Below, piece by piece: positions 11,616 through 24,399 of a DNA stretch of 64,000 nt. This stretch comes from Camelus ferus (lineage: Eukaryota), in the NCBI RefSeq assembly GCF_009834535.1, contig NC_045711.1:28706001-28770000 (forward strand), given 5' to 3'. The first letter of the stretch is position 1, and every line of letters starts with the position of its first letter. Both the position numbers and the translations under genes were made by a program. The notes under the pieces are model-generated. The model did not search any database and was not told the origin of the DNA. It worked only from the letters and a program-made list of their open reading frames with translations.

Positions 11616-12595
11616 GATTAACTTCACTGTTTTCAAATAGTCTTGAATAAGCCAATGCTGTTGAAATAAAATCCAATTATATACACAGGTCACTTATATT
11701 ACAATCGGGATAAGAGAGGAGAAAATAACACATATGTTCAGGGACGTTAGCTCCCATGTTTTAATGATTGATATTTATGTTCGCTTCTAAGACTATTCCA
11801 ATTCATAGCCTTTTTCACACTCAAGAGTATGATTTCAGGGAACAAGAGGAATACCATGTCCAAAGGGTTGGAAAAATATGTCTTTGTGATGGTGAGTACT
11901 CCACTGCAAAGTCATGGATGCACATCAAGACTCTTAAGGACATTGCGCCTCAATGTGGAAATCCTTGCCATCTAGCGGTGCTGGCAAGTCAGTCTTGCAT
12001 GCAAAGCTGACTTGGTGGTTCCACAGAGACCCATGACACAGGCAGACAGCAAATGAAATTTCTCCCTTGCAGGGAGGGCTCACAAGTCCTCTGTAAAAAA
12101 TCAACTGGTTTCTCTGCACTCATGGTCTTCTAGTAAGAGATGAGAGTCAGGCTACAGGCAAGATAGGTTTCTGAACTGATAATCATAGGAGCTAGCACGC
12201 ACAAAGTCCTTCACGCCACACCTGGGGCAGGGTAAGCTCTCCACACACAATGAGCATTATAATAATCACTGTTCTCATGTAAGTGCATCCTTTTCACAAA
12301 ATATGGAAAAATAACTCATGGAAAGAATCATTTTCATTAGGACTAATATGACCCGCCCCCTGGTATAATCCCTGTAATGGTCCTTTAAAATCACTTATCT
12401 CTACCATGACTATCTACTTCTTTTGTTTATCCCACTTCAAAGAAGGAATTCATCTTTATTACTCTTATACCCTTCTCTTTGTATACTGTATCTTAAAACT
12501 CACTATCCTTTAGCTTCTCGAAGGATCAGCACAAGTCCAAAACACAAGAGGGTAAGTAGATAAAACAAACGAAAGAGGAAAACAAAAAAGCCCGA

Positions 12596-12751
12596 GGGGG
12601 TAGGGTATAGCTCAGTAGTAAACCCCATGCTTAGCATGCACAAGGTCCTGGGTTCAATCCCCAGTGGCTCCACTTTAAAAAAAAAATTAATAAATAAGCC
12701 TAATTACCTCCCCCTCCAAAAACTATTCTTTAAATTAAAAAAAATTTTTTT
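12596..12751 (+). mobile_element. vic-1-type camelid SINE with TSD
   Basis: gggggtagggtatagctcagtagt...ggtcctgggttcaatccccag head plus tail; TSD aaaagcccga (12586-12595) / aaaagcccaa (12752-12761). Confidence 0.9.
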
Positions 12752-12945
12752 AAAAGCCCAAAGTAGAGGTAGGTCTGGACCTCGTGGGAGACGATAAAAT
12801 AAAACCAGATGGAGACTTCTACCTTTATTTTTGTTTCACTGAATGGAGCAGATAATCAAAAACACTCCCTCGAGGTTAGCTTTCTAATCTCCTCTGTCAC
12901 TTTCCACCAAAATATTAGGCCAGACAGAGGCTGTGTCCCTCATCT

Positions 12946-13113
12946 NNNNNNNNNNNNNNNNNNNNNNNNNNNNNNNNNNNNNNNNNNNNNNNNNNNNNNN
13001 NNNNNNNNNNNNNNNNNNNNNNNNNNNNNNNNNNNNNNNNNNNNNNNNNNNNNNNNNNNNNNNNNNNNNNNNNNNNNNNNNNNNNNNNNNNNNNNNNNNN
13101 NNNNNNNNNNNNN
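12946..13113. other. N-run, 168 nt (masked or unresolved sequence)
   Basis: Direct observation. Confidence 0.99.
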
Positions 13114-13897
13114 TTCCTATTCAAACATGTTGCTTAAGAGCTAATGGGAGTATTATTATGATTGATAGACCAGCGTCTTTGTCTTCAGGAACATTTAATG
13201 GGAGAGGAACTGACCAATATTTACGTTGGAGGTGAAGCCACATTTTATCTCATCTGGGGTCAAATATTACCGAATGTGAAGTGCATGCCTCAGACTGAAG
13301 CTGCCCTCACTTCAGCCCAACCTGGGTGTCTGAGAATCCCACAAAACCTTACGATCAATTCCCGTTTATAATACTCCCAAGCTTCAAAGTTCAGCAGCTA
13401 AGGAGGATGGCGGGGCTGCGTCCGCTCTAGGGAGAGCACGTAACTCAGGCTCTGAAAACTGCAGGTGCTCTACATGGCTTCTTAACAGCGTGAGGGCACG
13501 ATGCCCACCATGAAAGTAAAAGGGTCCCATGTCGGTCAAAATAGGGGGTTGAATATTAAGACTTATAGACGTAATCGCAATGTGGTTCTGTCCTTAATGA
13601 TGGTGACTAAAAAAAAAAAAAGTGTTATTTATACAACCTGCCCAGCTGATAAACAAGATGATTTTCATATTCTAGCTTAATATTCCAATATTTAAAACAG
13701 AGAAGTTTCCGGCCAGTGCGTTTATTTTGCCCCTCTGGTTTGTGACACTTGCATCAAAGTGAAGAGAAGCAGGCAAACCTTTGAGATGAAACAGAAGGAG
13801 AATTCTAATGAGTGCTTTGGAAGACCCCTCCAGGCCAAATCCATGCTTCCCGTTTGATAACCTTAAGTGAAAGAGAATGGAGGCTGGCTCGGGGCTA

Positions 13898-13907
13898 ATG
13901 ACGTCAT
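13898..13907. promoter_or_regulatory. Full palindromic CRE (ATGACGTCAT)
   Basis: Perfect 10-bp palindrome containing TGACGTCA with the CpG intact, in unique sequence. Confidence 0.35.
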
Positions 13908-14004
13908 CAGCTTTACTCTGGGATGGGAGATTGGTACCCAAGTGTTGCCTGTATTCCTCCCTGCCTTAAATTCCTCGATGCCCATTCGTCTTTAAAACTA
14001 CTAT

Positions 14005-14475
14005 CCATCTAGGGACACAAGTATGGCTCAATGGACACGAATAAGTCAATGTGATACACGACATCAGCCACATAAAAGATAAAAACTACATGGTCATCTC
14101 AATAGGAGCAGGAAAGGCATGTGAGAAAGTTTAGCATCCGCTCGTGATTAAAAACTCTCAACAAAATAAATATATAAGAAACTGACTTCAACACGATAAA
14201 GGTCGTATATGAAAGGCTCACAGATGAAAAAATAATTAATGGGGAAAAAACAGAGAACTTTTCTTCTCAGATTTGGTACAAAGCTAACATGCATATTCGC
14301 ATCACTTTTTTTTTTTTTTTGACATACTACTGGAAGTTCTAGCCAGAGCAATTACACAAGAAAAAGAAAAGACATTTAAATCTGAAAGGAAGCAGTGAAA
14401 TTATCTGTTTACAGACGACACAATCATAGATGCAAAGAACCCTAAAGACTCAATGCAACAGTTAGAAAAAAAAAA
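14005..14475 (+). mobile_element. Old L1M ORF2 reverse-transcriptase fragment
   Basis: Decayed coding text for ...NVIHHI...HMVISI...LEVLARAI.QEK...VKLSLFTDD.I...NPKDS, recognisable at 14040-14455. Confidence 0.85.
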
Positions 14476-14479
14476 AATA

Positions 14480-15923
14480 ACCTACTCCATTCAGGGTTTT
14501 GCTTTAGCCATTCCACCAAAACTGCTTTTACCATAATCATCACTGACCTGTCTATAAGCCACGGCCAATTATTCATTTGATACAGTTGACCATTCCTTTC
14601 TCCTGGGCTTCCAGAATGTTGTATCCACCTGGCTTTCCTCCTGGCTTTCTGGGGTTTTCCAAAGTCTTTGCTTGTTCTCCTCCTCTCTCCAACATGCTTG
14701 GGACCCAGCCTGGGGACCTCGTTTCCTTTCAACCTACACTCGTTCCCGCAGAAATGCTAATGATGCCTGAGTTTCTATCTCGGTCAAGATGTCTCCCCAC
14801 TAGTCTAGACTCCCACTTCCAGCTGCCTCCCTGAAGTCTCCACTGGGACACATAGTAGAAATCTCAAACTAAGAATGAACTTCTGTTTTCTATGTCTGTG
14901 AGTCTGTTTCTGTTTTGTAAATAAGTTCGTTCATTCACGTATGACTGAAGCATCATATGCTGTACACCAGAAACTGACACAACATTGTAAACTGACTACA
15001 CTTCAATAAAAAATGTATAAATACAAAACCAAAAAAGAATGAACTTCTGATCCGCTATCCAAAATCTTCCCTACCTTGATTAATGACAAAAATCCCCTTT
15101 CTAATTGCTCAGCCCAACATCTTGGAACCATCCTTGGCTCCCCTGTCTCCCGTATGTCGTTTCTAACAGCAAATCTTGCGTTCCTTCACTACAACATGAA
15201 TGCCGATTGTGACTTGCTTCCCACCATCTCCGTGGCGATCTCTGTGACCCTCCACCATTATCCTTCTGTTTTCTGCAAGAGGCCCCTCTTCCTAATCTCC
15301 CTGCTTCATCCCCATGGTCCTTTCTAAATACAGCAGCCAGAAACATCTTTGAAAACTATGTTAGATCATGTTACTCCTCTGTGCAAAATCTCGGGTGTCT
15401 TCCTCTTTCACTAAGTGACAGCCCAGGTCCCTACTGATGCGACCCTCCTGTCCCTCATCTCTTCTTGTTCTTGCTCATTCATCCAGCAACACTGGCCTCT
15501 TGCTGTTCCTTGAAGGCACCAGGCACACTCATGCCTCAGGGCCTTTGCACTTGCTGTTCCCTCAGCCTGGAACGCTCGTCTTCCAGCTACTTGCCTGGCT
15601 CCTTCTCTCACCTCCTTCAAATCCTTGTTCACGTGGCCCCTTCTCAATGGGGCCCTTTCCCAAAATGCCTGTTTAGAATCTTACCCCATGTCTACCCCAT
15701 TTTACTGCAACTTTTAACCTCATTGTCCTCATTGATTTTATTCCATAGCACTGATCTTAAATTTAAATGTGGTTTCAATTTATGTACTTGTTTTGTGTAT
15801 CATTTACACAAAATTCTCCCACTAGAATCCATGTATCATGAGGGCACAGATGACTGTCTGCTGTGCTTGATAAAGCATGGCCTGGTACACAGAGATGCCC
15901 AATGATACGAGCTGAATGGATGA
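14480..15923 (+). mobile_element. L2 LINE 3' portion, interrupted by an inverted L1
   Basis: caaaactgcttttaccataatcatcactgacc..., gggcctttgcacttgctgttccctcagcctggaacgctc, and an L2 tail ...gctgaatggatgaa. Confidence 0.85.
14886..15034 (+). mobile_element. 5'-inverted (twin-primed) L1 3' fragment with 15-bp TSD
   Basis: Perfect TSD aagaatgaacttctg at 14871-14885 and 15035-15049; antisense L1 piece 14886-14931 joined to a sense L1 tail 14932-15034. Confidence 0.9.
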
Positions 15924-16791
15924 ACATTACTGAGAGTTGATCTGTCAATATTTCCCCCCAATTTCTTTCACAAGCTAATCCCTTGAGTACTACAACTGGT
16001 CATGCATTATCTTAAGGCACATACTGCCCTCAGGTTCAAGGCTGGGCACTTCAACATCCAATGAACCTTAACAGAAGTCTACCTGTCACTCTTTCCAGCA
16101 AATCTTATGGCCTCACCCTTTCCCCTAAGGACTAAGAAATCCATCCATGTTCAGCTGTTAGTAACTGACGATAGAGTGAATGTGTAATCCTTCCTGTGGG
16201 AGCTGGAATTTTCAAAGTGGTTCCTGGAGATCTAGTGTCCTCTAGTCCGAAGTATGTGTCTGTCCTTAGCAATGCAGTCCTTACACGGGAAAATGACAGA
16301 ACAACATTTGGAAGAACGCTCTACGTACTCTTTGAGACCCCCTTATACCGTCACAGCAAGCGCTGAAGACTGAAATTGGTTTCTACAGTGAAATCCTAAT
16401 GCTTAATACAAGCAAGGCAAATGCCTTATGCAGGTGACACCTTTACGCTAGTGATCGGTTTTGCACCTTTTCTGCTCCAGCGCTGGCTGCTCTTTCCAAC
16501 CATCTCCAGCAGCTGAGAAGCGTGTGTATCGAAATGCTTCCGAACTCAATGTTCTGCACGGATTCCTTCTGGTTGAGTAGTCCCTGTACCACGAACTTTA
16601 ATGTGCCTTTTAGCAGAAGAGGAGGCTCATTGCCTCTGTTTTATGTGCAGCAGAGGATTAAACAGAAGGATCTTTTCACTTACAAAATGGATAAATCCCG
16701 TTAGGTCCACAAAGTTCCAGAAGGGCTTTCCATCAGGATTCGAGCTGAGGTTTTTGCACATGGACTTTGCTTTAGAGATGTTGCCTAACAC

Positions 16792-17582
16792 TTTTTTTTT
16801 TTTAAATTGAAGTATAGTTGATTTACAATGTTGTGTTTGTTTCTGGTGTACAGCATAGTGATTGGTTATATGAATATATATATATTTATATGCACATATC
16901 TTCTTTTCCATTACAGGTTATTACAAGATATTGAATACTGCTCCCTGTACTATACAGAAGGACCTTGTTGTTTATTTTATATATTAGTTAGTATCTGCTG
17001 TTTTCTATGTCTGTGAGTCTGTTTCTGGTTTTGTAAATAAGTTCATTTGCATCATTTTTTAAGATTCCACACATAAGTGATATCATATGATATCTGTCTT
17101 TCTCTGTCTGACTTNNNNNNNNNNNNNNNNNNNNNNNNNNNNNNNNNNNNNNNNNNNNNNNNNNNNNNNNNNNNNNNNNNNNNNNNNNNNNNNNNNNNNN
17201 NNNNNNNNNNNNNNNNNNNNNNNNNNNNNNNNNNNNNNNNNNNNNNNNNNNNNNNNNNNNNNNNNNNNNNNNNNNNNNNNNNNNNNNNNNNNNNNNNNNN
17301 NNNNNNNNNNNNNNNNNNNNNNNNNNNNNNNNTTTTTGAATTAGGGTTTTCTCCAGATATATGCCCAGGAGTGGGATTGCTGNNNNNNNNNNNNNNNNNN
17401 NNNNNNNNNNNNNNNNNNNNNNNNNNNNNNNNNNNNNNNNNNNNNNNNNNNNNNNNNNNNNNNNNNNNNNNNNNNNNNNNNNNNNNNNNNNNNNNNNNNN
17501 NNNNNNNNNNNNNATTTGTGGACTTTTTAATGATGGTCCTTCTGACTGGTGGGAGGTGGTACCTCATTGCAGTTTTGATTTG
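16792..17582 (-). mobile_element. L1 3' ~0.8 kb (ORF2 C-terminus plus 3' UTR) with two N-runs
   Basis: T-tail then aattgaagtatagttgatttacaatg; minus translation includes IKTAMRYHLPPVR.TIIKKSTN; Ns at 17115-17332 and 17383-17513. Confidence 0.92.
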
Positions 17583-18169
17583 AAAGTATTTGTAACAGGC
17601 AGAAATAGAGTAAGATCTTACCCTCTTTCCCAACATCAAGCTGAGTCATTTCAGTCTTTTTCTTACAGCTCAAGGACTCTCCCTGAAGGAAAGGTAGTGA
17701 TTTGTCTTACAGCTTTCTTAGGCAGAGGCTATTAATTTCACACTTTGCAACACCAGAGGGTCTGGAAGCAGACACACCATCATTCTAAGACCTCAAAGCT
17801 ACTTCCAAACAATACTCCTTCACCTTGCTATGTAAATTGCTACTTATTTAAGACACAGCTATTAATCTATAAGACACTCTACCCCACTTCATAACACTTG
17901 TTTATCTCTTTACTTGTTACTTTATACATAAATCATAGTTTTGCTTTTCCATCCCTCTGTGACCCTACGACACTTGGACATTTATTCATATAGATGATTT
18001 GTTCAGCTGCAGCCTCACAGTGCACTGCCCTCCTTAATATTCTAATAATTTCTGCCTTTCTTCAAAGACCCACCTTTATCACAGCATTTTTGAGATGTTT
18101 CTCCTGAAACATCTCTGTTAACTCTAGTCCTTTAAACTTTATTACTGTCCTTCCTAATATCCTCCAACC

Positions 18170-18560
18170 TTCATTCACGAATCCAGTCAACACACATTTA
18201 AGCTTTCACTATGTAACCCTTGGAAATCCAACAATGAACCAAAGCCCTATGCTTCCAGCCTTCATGGAGCATATTTTCTAGTGGAAGAAGACAGAGCTAC
18301 TTAAAGTAATAATAAATATCTATGTAAAACTGTGTAATTATATACTGAGGTAAGTAAGAAGAAAGTAAAGTGTAGGATACATTGATAACTTACAACAGGG
18401 GACTTAAATACAGTCCAGAGGGTAAGGAAGACTTCTCAGATGAATTGATTATGGGATGAGTGGGAGTTAAGCAGATAGAAATTACTGGGGGAAGAGGGTA
18501 ACTTCTTTCAAAGGACCACGTTGGTGAAGCCTCAGTCATCTGGAGCATCATGGTCACCAA
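18170..18560 (-). mobile_element. L2 fragment
   Basis: caacacacatttaagctttcactatg...ccagccttcatggagcatattttctagtggaagaagacag. Confidence 0.65.
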
Positions 18561-18659
18561 GCAGGGGAAGAGAAACTGGAACCTGTACACTAGCACACGA
18601 GACTTTACCCGTCACTCCTCATGCCTTGTGGACATATGAGTTTCCAGAGGTTATCGCTT

Positions 18660-20610
18660 TCCTTCAGTTTTCATAGGTTATCAATTCCCTTAACATTTCT
18701 TGTAATGCAATTCTAAAGGCAGTGAATTCTTTTCTTGCCCCAAATGAATTCTTTTCAGCTTTTCTTGTCTAAGAAGCTTTCTATTGTCTTTATTTTTGAA
18801 GAATTTTTTTTTTTTTTACAAGATACAGTATTCTAGGTCAATGGATTTGTTTGTTTTTGTTGTTCTCCCAACACTTCAAAGAGGACATTGCTTTGTCTCC
18901 TGGCTTTCACTGTTTCTGCTGAGAAATCAGGGGGCTTTCTTGTCATTGCCCCCACAGGTAATGTACCTCCCTCTGCCCATACTTTTAATGTTTTTCCCTC
19001 ACCATTTTTTTCTAGCAGTTTGCTTGTATTGTGCCTTGCTATGATTTTCTTTCTATTTACTCTATTTGAGTTTCATTGAGCTTCCTGAACCTGTTAGTTT
19101 CTATACTTTAGCAGATTTGGAAAAATTGTCAATGTTATTTCTGCAAAGGTTTGGGGGTTTGTTTTGTTTTGTTCTTTTTTGCCCTAATCTCTCTTTTCCC
19201 TACTCTGGTCCTGTAGTTATGTATACATTAGATTGTTTGTACTGTCCCATGGGTCACCAAGCCATAGTACAGTTTTTTCTCCTTTTTCTTTTTCTTTTTT
19301 TCTTTTCTATGCTTCTATGCTTGGATAGATTGTGTTGCCCTCCAGTTCACTGAATTTTTTTTCAAGGCAGGGCGGTTTATCTTATGCAAAAGCTACACAA
19401 AATAAAACAAAGACAAAATAATACTTTGCTGTACCCTTGGAATCTTAAAATCAAGTCACTCAGTAACCTCACAGTATCAGTTTTTACTCCAACTTTATCT
19501 GTTACTCTTTTTTACAAAGCTTTCCCTGACATTTACACCCATATGTACCAGGTATAAATCCTACTCTACACTTTTGGGAGTGTTATAAAGATCATAGTTC
19601 TTTAGTTTTTGTTTTTGTCTCTTTGTTACTATGTTCTCAATATTTTTATTACCTAAAACTTATAGAATACAGACTAGGAAAGGAAAAGTTGCAATCTGAC
19701 TACCAAGAGACTATACATAAGATTTTTAAAAATATACATAACATAAAATTTACCATTTTAACCCTACTTAAGTATAAAGTTCTGTGGCAGTGAGTCCATT
19801 CATATTGTTTTGCAACCATCGCAACCATCCATCTCCAGAACTTTTTCATCATCAACCGAAATTCTGTACCCATGAAATACAAAATCCCCATTGCCTTCTC
19901 TCCCCAGCCCCTGGAAGAACTACCATTCTGCCTTCTGTCTTAATGAATTTGACTAGTCTACGTACCACATATAAGTGAAATCAAACAGCATGTATCCTTT
20001 TGTGACCAGCTTGTTTTATTCAGCACAATGTCTTTAAGCTTTATCCATGTTGTAAGACATACCAGAATTTCCTTCCTTATTAATGCTGAATAATATTGAT
20101 TGTGCATACAAGCGCTGATCACTGCTTAGCTCATAGCTCTATGGTGACTTTTCTTTGCTAAGTAGTGGTTCTTTGCCCAGGTTCGTGGAGTATGATCAGC
20201 TCACACGTGGAGAGCTCAGTATTTGCCAAACACTTGATAGGATCCCTATCGAGATTTTGATAGCTCCTCCCCTACACAGTGCTTTCTCTCAAGTGCTCTG
20301 CCCCACAAATTCCAGCTGTGTGCCTTTTGCCCCAAACCCCATCTCTCTCTTCAACCCAGCAGGATCACTGTTCTCTCACAGGGCTTCTCCGTCCCGCATG
20401 GCGGAGCAGAAAATGGCTCTGGACAGAAAGCTGTAGCAACCGTGGCGCTCACCTCATCCATGTCCTTCTCTCAGGCATCACAGAACTGCACTGCAGGATC
20501 CCACATGGAAAAACAGCCATCTCATATATTTTGCCTGGTTTTATGGTTGTTTATAATGGGAGGATTAATGCAGTGCAGTCACTCCATCATGGCCAGAAGC
20601 TGGAATCTCT
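18660..20610 (-). mobile_element. Old L1M 5' end/ORF1 region (pieces 18660-19365 and 20140-20610), interrupted
   Basis: ctggctttcactgtttctgctgagaaatcag; tttcattgagcttcctgaacc...; 5'-end motif gtcactccatcatggccagaagctggaa. Confidence 0.7.
19720..20107 (-). mobile_element. L1MB-type 3' end
   Basis: aacataaaatttaccattttaacc...gcaaccatccatctccagaactttttcatc...cccagcccctggaagaactaccattctg. Confidence 0.85.
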
Positions 20611-20639
20611 CCCTTGTTTTTTCATTCTCAGTTGCTAAT

Positions 20640-21900
20640 TCCATCCTCTTCTTAAATGTTCTTTGGGGTGTTATCTTTGGCCCTCTCATTTGGTTCACTG
20701 TCTAGGATGACCTCATCTGCTCCGTGGCTTCAATTATTCACATTGCTAAGGACCCCTTAAACCTACATCTTCTTGCCAAGCTTCTTGTTCCTGTGATTCC
20801 GAATATGGTGTTCAGCCGCCTATTGGACCTTACCAATGAGAAGTGCTAAGATACCTCCAAGTCCGTGTCCAAAACCCAATTCATCATCTCTCTTCATAAT
20901 GGGCTTTCTTCCCATTTTCCCTTGTGCAGTGAACACCCTCCAGGGACACCATCCACCAGGCACACAAACCAGAAATCTGGGGTTTTATCCCAGCCTCCTG
21001 CTCCTTTCTAATCCCTTACATCTAATCAGTTACCACGCCTCATACGTTCCACTTCTTAAATATTTCCCAAAACCACTTCCTTCTGACTATCCCCACTATG
21101 CTATCTTAATCCAGCTATTTCTACTTTCTTCCATACATCACTGCAGAATTCTCCTAAGAGCTCTAATAGAGCACTCGCCACACGTCAGGCACTGTTCTAA
21201 GTACTGCTGTCTACATTAACTCTTTGAATCCTTATAACAACTGTGTAGGTAGGTACTATTATTATTGCAGTTGGAAAAAAAGCTGAGTCACAGAGAGAAA
21301 TTCTCCAAGGCTTGCACCACTATTCCTTGGAAGAGTTAGGATTTAGATATAGGCAGTCCACCCTCTAGAATCTTTGGTCTTAACCACTGGTCTCTGTTGC
21401 TCCTCAAATTGATTTTTTACCTCCATATCAAAAGTGTATATGAAACTCACACTGACTTTTATCAAGTGTGAATTTCATCATTCCTCTCCTCTAATTAAAA
21501 TCAATCAGTATATTCTCAGCTTCACGGTAAAATTCAAACACTGCATTCTCTGTGTAGCCTGTTCATCCGAGAACAAGAATGTCTTCCCTTTTCTAGTCAT
21601 TTTCTCTTTGATATAATTAATCTCTTTCATTATAAAGCCACTGTTTACATGTCCCCCTTTGGGGAACTATTTCTTCACATGGTTTCCCGTACCCATGTCT
21701 GGATTTAAACTCATGTTTCAAGTTCCCTTAATGCGTAAGTTTATTGATGTCTTACTATTTATCTCACTGTTTCAATCCCCTGCTAGACCCTGAGCTATCT
21801 AAAAGCAGTTACAAGATTGCTTTCCTCTGTGTTCTGTCCTCAATACTAGCAAAATATCTGACATATTCTAAGTGTCCATTAAATACTTGAATGAATTGAA
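20640..21900 (+). mobile_element. L2 LINE 3' portion (20640-21155, 21520-21900), interrupted by MIR
   Basis: gatgacctcatctgctccgtggcttcaatta..., cacaaaccagaaatctggggtt..., tail ...attaaatacttgaatgaattgaa. Confidence 0.75.
21160..21390 (-). mobile_element. MIR SINE
   Basis: caggcactgttctaagtact...aatccttataacaactgtgtaggtaggtactattatt...gctgagtcacagagag. Confidence 0.75.
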
Positions 21901-23353
21901 AAATGCATAAAACCAGCTGCATTCATCCTAACTCGAACTTCTATAGACTTTGCAAGGGCACCAACTGAAGTCCTGGAAACAGTCAATGGAGATTCCTTTC
22001 CATGAAGAAGATGAATCACCCTCGGTTGAATTGCTTTGTGATTTCAAAATGCCAGCCTCTTGACCTTCAATGCATCGGAATGGCATTGCATCATTCATTC
22101 TTCACAGAAAAGCATTTGTAGTAACAGAAAACTTAAGAGTAAACTAAACATTAGGTTTTCTAAGTAGCAAATCATCTTTAGAAATGAAGGAATATGGCAA
22201 GGGGTGATCAGAAAGCCAGAGGCTATGTGGTGACTTCTCCTTGTTTACAAAAAGGCCTGGGAAGCAACCACCAAAGTATTTCTAGGAACATGTACATTAT
22301 CCATCTTCATTTGTCGAAAAAATTTTAAAAACTCTGGTGTACAATTCTAAGTCATGGTCTAAAATCCAGCCTTAGACAACGTTTAAATCAGCATGGTTTA
22401 GGTACCCAACTTCTCTTTTTCATGTGACACCCCACGCATACTTTTTCCTGCCACTCTACTGCTCCAACCCTAGAAAAACAGCATCTTCCCTCTCTGTCCA
22501 TATCCATCTATCTCAAAAAGCTCAGGAATTTGTCCGGCTAAAGAGTTTGTCAATTTAAAATTTTTAATTAAACAAATGTTCCTGTAGGGGATGAAATAAG
22601 ATTCAGGTCTGTAAATTCTATCTATAATGTTCCTACAAGGAAAATTCAGCCAGTGGTTAACAAAAAAAAAATACTTTATCCTTTGCTTACCTCTCCTGCA
22701 CACACACATTTGTTTATTTTTTGTTAAGGAGCACGAGAGAATAAATGTATCTGCTAGGAAACTGCCCTGGTGAATCCTTTTTTTTCACAGTGATATCCAT
22801 CCCCCCCAGCTTCTTACCATTTTTAAGAATTTGTTATTAATACCAGTCTTGGCATCTCTGGACTGTAACACCAACTGTATAGGGAAGCTAAATGGATTTG
22901 GTTTATGAATCCCTCACCTCTGTGCAATGTATTGATAAAGCGGGTCTCCCCTGAAAATCTCTTCTCTAGCTCCACTAATTAGACTTCAAGAAGTCTTTGC
23001 TAACATCTTGTCTCTTGTCCTCTTCTACCCATTGGCTTTTGCTCTTGCCATCTTTTGTGGCTGTGGTGAAACATAAAACCAGAGAGAACAAAGGGCAATA
23101 CGCACAGAAGAGGCTTCAAACTCATATTTTGGGGGGAAAAAAAATTGGGTTGGTCGCAAACCAAGACAAATGGCTCTTAATTCAATCAGCACTCAACTTG
23201 GCATCAGTCTCTCGTGCAAAATTCTAGTGAAAGTCAAGTGGGAGATGGGAAGTCATGGTGCCATGATTTCTGTTATAAGCTTGATTGAATCCAATAGTCT
23301 TGATAAGTCGCATCTTCTCTGTCTCTGTGGTGCTCTCTCTCTTTCATGTACAT

Positions 23354-23355
<2 letters not shown>

Positions 23356-23391
<36 letters not shown>

Positions 23392-23397
23392 ACACAC
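23356..23397. repeat. (CA)n microsatellite
   Basis: Direct observation, one TA interruption. Confidence 0.97.
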
Positions 23398-24399
23398 GGC
23401 ACTGTTTCCTCTATCCAGATGTCCACCATGCACAGGGTTTCACTGGTCGTGTGCCGCACTTTAAGTTTTCCTCTTCTAAGCATGTGTATGATAATGAGAT
23501 AATTACACATATGAAACTTTAAATAATCATCATATACTTTGTCCGAAAAAGAACAAGGAGTGAAATTTTACTGTCCCTCTGTGAGATGGCTCCATCAACA
23601 TAACTTCTGTCAGTTTTAAAGACGCTATCCCTGCCTTTGGACTGAAAATATGTTATGGCCTTTTGCTTAGAGGGAGAGCCTCAGGAACAAACACAAGTGT
23701 GTAAAAAACATGCTCCTGTTTGGGACCCTGGGCAGGTAGTTATTCTGCAAGATGAGTAGGCAGATGTCCTGTGACTTTTTTGAATATGACGCTTATCTCA
23801 GAGAAAGTACTTACTGGCTTTAATAAAGAGACAGTGGTTATAGCAGAAGTATTCTACCCTTTATTTGTGCTATTAAAGGAGTTCTCCCTGGCAGCAGTGC
23901 AAGCTGGGTTCATATTTAGAAAGTTGCTCAGGGTTCTCTCCCATCTGTTCCAAAGAGAAAGGATTGCCTCTTATCTAGTGTCCTTTTCTCTTTCAGTGCA
24001 TTCATTCACTTCAGTGTTTTTTGTTTTGTTTTTTTTTTTTTGGCAGAACTACTGTGAGCAATTCAGAGCTAACTTTGGTCAGCAATCCCAAAGCCCAACA
24101 AACCCAAAATCCATTAATTCTACACGTACAATATTATATTTTAAATAATTGTGTGTGTGTCAAATGCAAGAAGAGAAGTGCCCCACGTCTGCGCATGTAT
24201 GGGGATGAAATTCAGGAGACCTGCATTCTAGCTCCTGAGTTCCTTTCTCCACAGCCCTTCCTAGTTTGTCAAATGTTGACACACGATGTGTTTGGAGCAC
24301 AGGTAAGGCCTGCATCACGTAATACAAAAACAGAATGTGTCTGAAGTCATACTCAGTATGTTGTGTTAAATCCTTAAAACAAAGCATATGTACACTCAC

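Noticed and set aside
11792-11891. Plus-strand candidate exon (ctaag|ACT...GATG|gtgagt), and another at about 12515-12551
   Set aside because: Weak acceptors, no recognisable peptide and no frame-consistent partners; such sites are expected by chance.
15465-15905. 146-aa ORF
   Set aside because: Lies entirely within the L2 3' region; low-information translation of a repeat.
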